NCBI GenBank assembly: GCA_903945435.1
Contig: CAJAVM010000021.1
Span: 1 to 57,586 of the forward strand
DNA length: 57,586 bases
DNA from: an uncultured bacterium
GTDB taxonomy: Bacteria > Patescibacteriota > Patescibacteriia > Patescibacteriales > UBA12465
Direction of reading: 5' to 3'
Below the pieces are notes generated by a model. The model was not told the DNA's origin. It ran no database searches and worked only from the letters and a program-made list of their open reading frames with translations. A program made the position numbers and the translations under genes. Positions 19,211-26,780 of this stretch are shown one piece after another; position 1 is the stretch's first letter, and every line of letters begins with the position of its first letter.

Positions 19211-20764
19211 ATGATTAGAATAAATAAAGAAAAATATTTAAATATTTTATTACTTGGATTTATATTGGTATGTATTTTAGCTATTTTTTGTTATGTAAAA
19301 ATAAAAAGAGTCGAAAAAATTGAGGATAATAAACAAAAAGTAATATTAATAGATAGCCAGGGGGAGGGAGGCAATCTTAGAACTACCCCAAATTTCTTAT
19401 TTAATGATTATGAAAATCTAGATCGCAAGATGAGTGGTCAGAGAACTATCGAGGAAATCAAAGCTAAAGAAGCATTAAAAAATGATAATGGAATAAGAGT
19501 TGAGCTTATTACTGAAAATTTCAGTAAATTTCCAGAACTAGCAGGATACTATTTACCGATAAATATTATTGACGCCACCTCGAGTCTGGATATTGATAAA
19601 GATGGAAAATTAGAGGAACTGGTTTATTACAGTTGCCCCGGTTGCAATGCGCCTTCAAGAAACGTTGATATAATTAAAGACGGAAGGATAATATTTTCTG
19701 CTCATGGTGGTAGTTTAGAGTTAAAAAATAATAATGAAGATAAACCAGGGTTTGTTTTGTCTGATGTAGGCTTAGTATTACCGAGGCCAGAAGGTTACAC
19801 AGAAATTAAATTTAGATTAAACTCTGATAGCGAATATGTTCCTTACGAAGAACGAGATATAAGATATAGCGCTGTTACTGATGATGCGCCTGCTAATGCT
19901 ATACCAACTAGCGTTGAAGAATATTTTTCGGCTACTAATGCGGCTAACGCCTATTTTGAAAATAATATAAAAGAAAATTATCAAAAGAATGGAGTAAATT
20001 TCAGTAATGTATATGATTACGCATCTTCTTCTGAAGAAAACGAGAAACTTGAAGTTAATAGCGGAAAATATTTAGTAAAAATTACCACCAACGGTTTATC
20101 TGGCGAGCCTGGTTCCGACTTTGATTATGAAGTTAGTTTATTAAATAATCAAAAAATTGTAACTTCGAAAAATATTTCTGGTAGTAAACCAGTCGGTATT
20201 TACCAAATAAAATATGGAACGGATAAAATAATTAATTTTGTTCAGGATTGGACTGGAGGCGCTCACTGTTGTTTTTCATTAACATCGGTATTATCTAGTG
20301 GAACGAGAATATTTTTTGGTGGAAATCTGTATAGAGGGGACTCGGATGTAGTAGCGGCAGATAGTTTTTTTATTAAGGATGATAAATTATATTTTTATAC
20401 CTATAATACAGATTTCGCTTATTTCGAAAGTTCATATGTCGGGTCTCAGGCCGCATTCATTCCTGTTATTTATAGAATAGACGATTCAGGCAAATTTATT
20501 TTAGCTACCATGGAGTTTAAAAATATATATAGTGAGATGGCTAAAATTGTAGCCAGTGGACTTGATATAAAAAAGAATAATAATATAATTAAAGACAAGG
20601 AAATGGTTCTGCCAGAATTAATTTATTGGCTGCAGGCCAGTCTCATAGCTGATAATAAAGAGGCTTGGTCACAATTTGAAAATTATTATAATAATTTTAC
20701 AAACAACGAGCCAGGTTACAGTGAAGTCAAACAAAAAATTAAAAACAGTCTTCTTAATTTTTAA
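19211..20764 (+). CDS. membrane-anchored extracellular hypothetical protein
   Basis: N-terminal TM; DIDKDGKLEE Ca-loop-like motif, CPGC, WTGGAHCC. Confidence 0.75.
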   Translation: MIRINKEKYLNILLLGFILVCILAIFCYVKIKRVEKIEDNKQKVILIDSQGEGGNLRTTPNFLFNDYENLDRKMSGQRTIEEIKAKEALKNDNGIRVELITENFSKFPELAGYYLPINIIDATSSLDIDKDGKLEELVYYSCPGCNAPSRNVDIIKDGRIIFSAHGGSLELKNNNEDKPGFVLSDVGLVLPRPEGYTEIKFRLNSDSEYVPYEERDIRYSAVTDDAPANAIPTSVEEYFSATNAANAYFENNIKENYQKNGVNFSNVYDYASSSEENEKLEVNSGKYLVKITTNGLSGEPGSDFDYEVSLLNNQKIVTSKNISGSKPVGIYQIKYGTDKIINFVQDWTGGAHCCFSLTSVLSSGTRIFFGGNLYRGDSDVVAADSFFIKDDKLYFYTYNTDFAYFESSYVGSQAAFIPVIYRIDDSGKFILATMEFKNIYSEMAKIVASGLDIKKNNNIIKDKEMVLPELIYWLQASLIADNKEAWSQFENYYNNFTNNEPGYSEVKQKIKNSLLNF

Positions 20765-20793
20765 AAAATATTTTATTATTAGCATATATTTTT

Positions 20794-20988
20794 ATGTTTA
20801 TCAATGTTTTAAAAATGACTGGTGCCACTCTATTATTAATTATGGTTTTTTACTATTTAACTGGTGCGTTATCAATGTTTGGTGAGGAGATTAAAGCATT
20901 GGGCGGCGTTGTTTCTCTGGGTTTAATAATTTATCTTTGGATAAAAGCATATCAAAGAATATTTAAAAAAGAAGTGAAAAAAGTTTAA
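20794..20988 (+). CDS. small two-TM protein
   Basis: 64-aa ORF with two hydrophobic helices and a basic tail. Confidence 0.55.
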   Translation: MFINVLKMTGATLLLIMVFYYLTGALSMFGEEIKALGGVVSLGLIIYLWIKAYQRIFKKEVKKV

Positions 20989-21018
20989 ATTTAATTAAAT
21001 TATCCAATAAATCCGCCA

Positions 21019-21047
21019 TTGATTTCACCTCCAATTTATGCTATAAT
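21019..21047 (+). promoter_or_regulatory. sigma70-like promoter upstream of the rep leader
   Basis: ttgatt-17 bp-tataat with extended -10 TG. Confidence 0.65.
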
Positions 21048-21199
21048 ACTCTCATAGACTTATGAAATAATAATAAAATAATCTATGGCGGGGAGACAAA
21101 CCTAGCTAAGGCTAGTCAGATTACAGACATATATATAAAAATTGCAGTCTTCAAATAAAATAATCATGAGCAAAGTCTAAATCTTTGCCAACTCAACTT

Positions 21200-21241
21200 A
21201 AAACACGAGCAATATATCCGGATATATCGCTTGTGTTTTTT
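21200..21241 (+). terminator. terminator/attenuator hairpin in the rep leader
   Basis: aaaacacgagc-aatatatccggatatatc-gcttgtgttttt followed by a T tract. Confidence 0.65.
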
Positions 21242-21314
21242 GTTTGGCCGAGTGGTCTATTCTCATAAGACCAAAAATACCCCTTTTGTTCCTTTGAGGG
21301 GTAGAACATATTTT

Positions 21315-21457
21315 GACCGGTCGCCCCCCGTTTTTTTCTTTTTTTGGCGACATCCCCTTGGGGGAGTCGAAAAAAGAAAATGGGGGCGGCTGGTTATTGA
21401 GATTTAAGACGAAGAAGTGTGCCCTGTAGCCCTATTAACTTGACTATAGGCACACTT
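21315..21457. other. candidate double-strand origin (two hairpins)
   Basis: GC-rich inverted repeat at 21315-21395; hairpin aagtgtgcc/ggcacactt at 21415-21457 with aacttga in the loop. Confidence 0.5.
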
Positions 21458-21471
21458 AACGCCGTAAGCAT

Positions 21472-22275
21472 ATGGATTTACCAATCCGAGCTTATCGGCA
21501 CAAACTAATCAGATCTGGCGATATAATAGAAATCTATTATTATGAGCAAGCGATTAGAGTTGGGCATAAGAGAAAAAAGAGAAAACAAAAAAGACCAATG
21601 CCCAAAGTTGAAGTCGTTAAAAGCGAAGAAGAAAAAGAGCAAGAAGAGTTTAAACAAGTGGTAAAAAGTGAGTTTTCATTAAGACGGACAAAAGCGAACA
21701 TTGTCCGATTAGTTAATTCAAACCCAGAGCTAAAAGTATTTATTACTTTAACATTTGATGATAGCAAATCAAAGACTGGCTCATTTACCGATATCAAAGA
21801 ATGTAATTTGATATTTTCTAACTTTATTAAAAGACTAAAAAGGTTTTATCCCGATTTACTCTATTTAGCCGTACCAGAGTTTCAAGGAGATTATTACTTT
21901 AAGACAAAAATAAAGAAAGAAAACGGCGGAAACGTTCATTACCATTTGCTCTCTAATTTACCATATACAGCTAGCAGTAGGCTGGAAGAAATATGGAGCT
22001 ATGGTTTTATTAAAATCAACAATATCCGCCACGTCTCTCGTGTTGGTTTATATGTTGCTAAATACATTGCTAAAGAATTGTTTGACGGAAGACTCTCCTG
22101 TAAAAAGAAAATCTTTTATTCTCGCCGACTCAAAAGACCGGAAATTGTCGTCAGTGCTATAAAAGTACGGCAGTTTATAGATAGTCTAGAATCGCCATCT
22201 GAATTATTGGTCGATAAGTGGTATAAGTCCGACTTTGTCGGCAGAGTTAGTTATCAGCTCTATAAAAACGGATAG
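21472..22275 (+). CDS. rep: rolling-circle replication initiator (HUH endonuclease)
   Basis: Motif I FITLTF, motif II VHYHLL, motif III YVAKY. Confidence 0.85.
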   Translation: MDLPIRAYRHKLIRSGDIIEIYYYEQAIRVGHKRKKRKQKRPMPKVEVVKSEEEKEQEEFKQVVKSEFSLRRTKANIVRLVNSNPELKVFITLTFDDSKSKTGSFTDIKECNLIFSNFIKRLKRFYPDLLYLAVPEFQGDYYFKTKIKKENGGNVHYHLLSNLPYTASSRLEEIWSYGFIKINNIRHVSRVGLYVAKYIAKELFDGRLSCKKKIFYSRRLKRPEIVVSAIKVRQFIDSLESPSELLVDKWYKSDFVGRVSYQLYKNG

Positions 22276-22325
22276 CAAATGTCTTCTTTGAAAGTGCCTT
22301 TGATTTAAACATATCCCCCAAAGAT

Positions 22326-22493
22326 ATGTTGAGTTTAGAAGTTATCAGAAAAAATCTTGGCATTCATGCTAACGATTATTCTGAAGACGAGATTATCGCT
22401 ATTAGGCGAGATATCTATCAGTTGGTTGGTTTGGCTTGTAAGTACCATTATCAAGATAAATCTAATAATAATTTAATATTGAATAAATCATAA
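22326..22493 (+). CDS. 55-aa ORF upstream of the recombinase
   Basis: MLSLEVIRKNLGIHANDYSEDEIIAIRRDIYQLVGLACKYHYQDKSNNNLILNKS; below the ORF-track cutoff. Confidence 0.65.
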   Translation: MLSLEVIRKNLGIHANDYSEDEIIAIRRDIYQLVGLACKYHYQDKSNNNLILNKS

Positions 22494-22511
22494 TATATGC
22501 TAATATCTCTA

Positions 22512-22655
22512 ATGGACACAATTTACACGAATTATAACAACCATTCTCAATCATAATGACGACAGGTTTGTCGTTTTGATATAAAGAGAGCAGTGGCTGT
22601 TTCAGTTATACTTCGTATAATTGTGTCCAACAGTTTCACTGCTCTCTTTTTATTT
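22512..22655 (+). promoter_or_regulatory. structured leader/attenuator of the recombinase
   Basis: Interleaved inverted repeats tggacacaatt/aattgtgtcca and aaagagagcagtg/cactgctctcttt plus T tract. Confidence 0.65.
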
Positions 22656-22670
22656 ATTAACCTTAATTCT

Positions 22671-24194
22671 ATGCCAAAAGGAATTATATATTATCGGGTC
22701 TCAACCGAAGACCAAGCTCAAAATGGAGTCAGTCTTGAGCAACAGAAAAAAGCCTGTCTTGAGTATGCTCTTAATCACGATATAGAAATCACAAAACTAT
22801 TTCATGATGATGGCGTATCTGCTAAAACTACTAACCGCAAAGGACTGCAGGAATTATTAAGTTATTGCCAGAAAAATTATAGAAATATCGATTCAGTTAT
22901 TGTTTATAAAATAGACAGGCTCTCTCGTAATGTAAAAGACTACGCTACTATTTTAATGGCTCTTGAAGAATTACAAATTAAGTTTATCTCTGCTACTGAA
23001 ACGGTGGACAAAACACCAAGCGGAAAATTAATCGGCACTATTATGGCGTCATTTGCTCAATTTGATAATGATGTGAGAAGTGAAAGAGTGTCTTCCTGTA
23101 TGCTTGAGAAAATTAAACAAGGCATTTGGTGCTATAAAGCTCCTCTTGGTTATCTAAATAGCCGAGACGGTCAAAATAGAGCCGTTATAACGATAGATAA
23201 ACCAAGATCCGAGATTATTCAAATGGCGTTTAATAAATTCTCTAGCGGTGCTTATAGAATGGAAGAAATTAGACAGCTAATGATTAAAGCCGGATTCAAA
23301 TCTTGGAAGAATAAAGAACTAACTAGCCAAACTCTATTTAAAATATTAACCGAGAAATTCTATTTAGGAATAATGACTGTTAAAAGTGTTGAATATCAAG
23401 GCACTCATAAACCATTAATAGACGAATCAACTTTCTATAAATGCCAAAGACTAATTAAAACAGGAAACAAGGGCGACAATATTTCAGCTAGTACACCTAA
23501 TGAAACTTTTCCGCTCCGTCATTTTATATTATGTCCGCATTGTAATCGTCCAATAACCGCCTGTATGTCTAAAAGCAAAAGCGGAAAGCTATATCCGTTT
23601 TATAAATGCTATAACAAGGACTGTAAGGGCTTAAAATCAATTTCCAAAGATAAGTTAGAGGGAGAATTTTTTGATTACCTTATGAAAATAACGCCAAGTG
23701 AAAAGGCTTTAATGCTTTATAAAAAAGTCTTGCAAAGTGCAATAAAAGATATTAGTAGTTTATCAGTTGATAAGATTAAATTAGCTAAAGAAAAATTAAT
23801 AGAACTACAAAACGAAAAAGCCAAGCTAATTGAAATGAAGAAAAAAGAATTATTGGATGATGAAGATTTTAAAGACGAGATGGAAAAAATCAAAAACACT
23901 ATTTCAAATCAACAGGCTATCGTTTACGATCAGCCTAACTTGAATTTTAATATTACCAAAGAAGTAGATAAGGTCTTTAAAGTGTTAAGTAATCTTCCGG
24001 CTCTGTATAAAAAAGCCGATTATCAAGATAAATTAAAATTACAGAGTTTGATTTTTACCGAAAAACCAACTTTTAATTTTTCAATAAATCAAACACCTAA
24101 AATTTCACTAATTTTACAAAACAAAAGAGAACTAGCAAGTGCTAGTTCCCCGATAGTAGTCCCTAGGGGAATCGAACCCCTGTTAACAGGATGA
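22671..24194 (+). CDS. large serine recombinase (integrase)
   Basis: YYRVST (catalytic Ser), DDGVSA, DRLSRN, recombinase domain, CPHC..CYNKDC Zn ribbon, coiled coil; start placed at ATG 22671. Confidence 0.93.
   Translation: MPKGIIYYRVSTEDQAQNGVSLEQQKKACLEYALNHDIEITKLFHDDGVSAKTTNRKGLQELLSYCQKNYRNIDSVIVYKIDRLSRNVKDYATILMALEELQIKFISATETVDKTPSGKLIGTIMASFAQFDNDVRSERVSSCMLEKIKQGIWCYKAPLGYLNSRDGQNRAVITIDKPRSEIIQMAFNKFSSGAYRMEEIRQLMIKAGFKSWKNKELTSQTLFKILTEKFYLGIMTVKSVEYQGTHKPLIDESTFYKCQRLIKTGNKGDNISASTPNETFPLRHFILCPHCNRPITACMSKSKSGKLYPFYKCYNKDCKGLKSISKDKLEGEFFDYLMKITPSEKALMLYKKVLQSAIKDISSLSVDKIKLAKEKLIELQNEKAKLIEMKKKELLDDEDFKDEMEKIKNTISNQQAIVYDQPNLNFNITKEVDKVFKVLSNLPALYKKADYQDKLKLQSLIFTEKPTFNFSINQTPKISLILQNKRELASASSPIVVPRGIEPLLTG
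24123..24150 (-). terminator. element-supplied replacement terminator for tRNA-Glu
   Basis: gaactagc/gctagttc hairpin followed by ctcttttg on the minus strand, inside the recombinase CDS. Confidence 0.55.
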
Positions 24195-24228
24195 AAACCT
24201 GACGTCCTAACCACTAGACGAAGGGACC
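24157..24228 (-). tRNA. tRNA-Glu (TTC)
   Basis: ggtccct/agggact acceptor stem, anticodon loop ttttcat, gttcgattc T-loop; CCA not encoded. Confidence 0.93.
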
Positions 24229-24323
24229 AAATATGAATTGGCGAAAATAAAAATCTAATCTCTTAGATTTAAATCCATTTTATATAAAAAACCTCATTAT
24301 GTCAATGTTAATATTAATCTAAG

Positions 24324-24360
24324 AAAAAAGCCCCGGTTACCATGTGATAACCGAGGCCTT
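24324..24360 (-). terminator. terminator of the carbamoyltransferase operon
   Basis: cggtta/taaccg hairpin with an A run on the plus strand. Confidence 0.6.
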
Positions 24361-24370
24361 CAATAATACG

Positions 24371-25252
24371 CTATTCATAGCGTTCACGTTGTTGCTTCTT
24401 CTTATTGAAGCAGAAAGAAAGCTTTGAAACAACATGAGCAATGTCATGATTGTTCAAATCTTGTAATCTCCGATTTAACAATTTTGGGTTAACGTTCAAA
24501 CTTTTAACTGTTACAAATTCTTCAAAACCCATACCCTTGTGCTTTTTAGCTTTTTTGTTTACTCCCTCTAAAACTTGTACAAGCACAAACTTCAAATCAA
24601 CCGTAGGGGATTCAACAAAAAATTCGGCAAGTTTGTACAAAATAGGATGGGGCCTTTCTTTAGCTGTTAAATACATAACAACTGAACGCTCCCCTTCTTT
24701 GGGGAAGAAAGATTCCCTCTCAATATTCTTCACAAAATGAACATCGAACTTGGCTTGAGTCATCAAGCTAGTTTTGTTGAAATTGCTATCACCGATGCGA
24801 GAAGAACAATTTTCGTAGTACCTTCTTCCAATAATCATACTAACGATTTCCAATCCTTCAAAAGCATAGATTAATTGCAATAATGGCTCCAGAATACTGT
24901 AAGGAGGATTCATAACCAGCTTATTAACTTCTTGAGGCCATTCAATGTCGAGAGCTGAGCCCCAGATGACAGTCAATTGGTCTGGATATTTTTCTTGCAA
25001 TTCAGTCATGATACCTTCAAACCTGGTATCTAGCTCAATAACTGTAAGCTGTGCTCCTTTCAAAAGGATTGCTTCAGTTAACTGGCCAGGGCCTGGTCCT
25101 ATTTCCAAGACATGGTCTTGTGGTAGGACGTTAGCCGCTATCATAACTTCTTCAATCACCTCAGGGTTAACCATGAAGTGTTGATCCTTAAAATTACTAT
25201 CAGGCGTGATATCAAACCGTTCCAGTAATTTGATTAATTGTTCCTTGTCCAT
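24371..25252 (-). CDS. divergent KsgA/Erm-family RNA adenine methyltransferase
   Basis: DQHF, LEIGPGPG, IELD, NPPY; C-terminal half diverged from typical RsmA. Confidence 0.8.
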   Translation of the reverse strand: MDKEQLIKLLERFDITPDSNFKDQHFMVNPEVIEEVMIAANVLPQDHVLEIGPGPGQLTEAILLKGAQLTVIELDTRFEGIMTELQEKYPDQLTVIWGSALDIEWPQEVNKLVMNPPYSILEPLLQLIYAFEGLEIVSMIIGRRYYENCSSRIGDSNFNKTSLMTQAKFDVHFVKNIERESFFPKEGERSVVMYLTAKERPHPILYKLAEFFVESPTVDLKFVLVQVLEGVNKKAKKHKGMGFEEFVTVKSLNVNPKLLNRRLQDLNNHDIAHVVSKLSFCFNKKKQQRERYE

Positions 25253-25255
25253 TAT

Positions 25256-26083
25256 CTAATCTTTTATGCGTTTTACATAATAACCTATATGCAGTACTAC
25301 TTTCCAAAGCAGAAAGTATAACATTAGACTCAAACCACCCTCTTTATAAGCTGTTTTAAACCGACTCTTACGGTCAGTACAGAGAGAATGAATATCGTCT
25401 AAGAGGACACTCGGGATACGAAGTTTTTTTTGTTTATCTTTTGCTCCGTTTCCTTTTCCGATTTTAAAAGCAATTCTCAAATCATGAGCAATGCTTTCGC
25501 CACCATGTTGTATTTTTTCATCCAAGATAAAAAATTTTAGATTAGCTTTATGTAGTCTAATTGATAATTCTCCATCTTCGCCCCAAGCAACGACTTCATC
25601 AAAAAAGTATCCACCAATTTTTTGGCTAATTATTTTTTTAAATGAGAGTCCTGGGCCAAAGAATTTTTCTCCGTTATCAAAAACCTGATGAAACAATCTC
25701 CGGCATTCCGATACTAGTCTTTGTCGATAACTATCAAAAGAAAAAGCGACTTGTGCTTTCACAATTTCATATTCATCAAGTTTAAGACATAAATTATTTA
25801 GAAGCCCCGGTGCAAATAAGCAATCGGAATTAGTTAAAACTACTTTTTCATAAGTAGCCGCGCTAATTCCAATATTAAAAACTTTTGCTAAATTACAACC
25901 AGGACCATCTAAATAAATCGGTTTACACCTTTTATCATTTTCAACAATCTTGATAACTTCCTGAGATGGAAAATTATTTAAGACTACAACGACTTCAGCA
26001 ATAACATCGATGCTTTGAAGACATTCTCTAATCTTTAAATCTTTAGATACTGGAATAATAACGGAGAGATTAATTTTCTTCAT
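25256..26083 (-). CDS. GT2 glycosyltransferase
   Basis: SVIIP, NSD (DxD-like), WGED. Confidence 0.85.
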   Translation of the reverse strand: MKKINLSVIIPVSKDLKIRECLQSIDVIAEVVVVLNNFPSQEVIKIVENDKRCKPIYLDGPGCNLAKVFNIGISAATYEKVVLTNSDCLFAPGLLNNLCLKLDEYEIVKAQVAFSFDSYRQRLVSECRRLFHQVFDNGEKFFGPGLSFKKIISQKIGGYFFDEVVAWGEDGELSIRLHKANLKFFILDEKIQHGGESIAHDLRIAFKIGKGNGAKDKQKKLRIPSVLLDDIHSLCTDRKSRFKTAYKEGGLSLMLYFLLWKVVLHIGYYVKRIKD

Positions 26084-26096
26084 TGATTACTCCTCT

Positions 26097-26780
26097 CTAT
26101 AAATTTAACAATTTGTGATTAACCTTAATCACTTGAAATACTTCAACATAATCTCCTTTTCCGGAAACAACTCCTCGAAAACGATTTAAACCCAGCATCG
26201 CGTCACACCAGTTTTTTTGCTGTAGTTGAGAATTATAGATTGCCATAGCCGATTCTTTAAGCGAAATGAACTTGGTAATATCTACGGAAAGTTGATAAAT
26301 TTCCATAGGACGCCAAACTTCATAACCAAGAATCAATTCTGCAGCGGAAGCTTTATTTCCTAATTCAGGAAAATAATCTGATGAAGAAATCCACAAAGCT
26401 TCTTGAGCAACAGAATTAACAAAACGATGTTCACTATCACCATCGTTAATGTTAGGAATATAGACAATATTAGGGCGGACTGCACGCAAAGTGGAAATTA
26501 AAGATGCTACCACGGTCTCAGGATTGGGGAAGCTACGATCTTGAAAATTTAATTCAATAATCTTATCTACTCCCAATATTTTACCGGCTTCAGCTGCTTC
26601 TTTTTGAATAACTGCTACTGCTTCTTTTTTATCGCTCAGCCAAGGAATTCCTGACCAGCCAGAAGCAAAAAATACCACAGTTACTTCATTCCCCATGCTC
26701 TTTTGGAGACAAATGCTCCCTCCACATCCAATAACCTCGTCATCATGATGTGGTGAAATAACCATAACTTTTTTATTCAT
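26097..26780 (-). CDS. PIG-L/LmbE family N-deacetylase
   Basis: SPHHDDEVIGCGG, DSEH, YEVW, KESAMAIYNSQ. Confidence 0.88.
   Translation of the reverse strand: MNKKVMVISPHHDDEVIGCGGSICLQKSMGNEVTVVFFASGWSGIPWLSDKKEAVAVIQKEAAEAGKILGVDKIIELNFQDRSFPNPETVVASLISTLRAVRPNIVYIPNINDGDSEHRFVNSVAQEALWISSSDYFPELGNKASAAELILGYEVWRPMEIYQLSVDITKFISLKESAMAIYNSQLQQKNWCDAMLGLNRFRGVVSGKGDYVEVFQVIKVNHKLLNL

Larger units (their letters stand above)
16454..24161. mobile_element. integrative element at the tRNA-Glu 3' end (serine recombinase + rolling-circle Rep)
   Basis: gtagtc at 16454-16459 and 24156-24161 (tRNA 3' end); displaced terminator on the left; Rep and recombinase inside. Confidence 0.75.

Noticed and set aside
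21085-21200. c-di-GMP-I riboswitch in the rep leader
   Set aside because: acaaacc is similar, but the GNRA loop and GCAAAGC/P2 elements are missing
22593-22670. GTG-started N-terminal extension of the recombinase
   Set aside because: It lies in the leader hairpin; the catalytic domain begins at ATG 22671
16454-24161. Inovirus or tailed prophage
   Set aside because: No Zot/pI ATPase, capsid, terminase or tail genes recognisable
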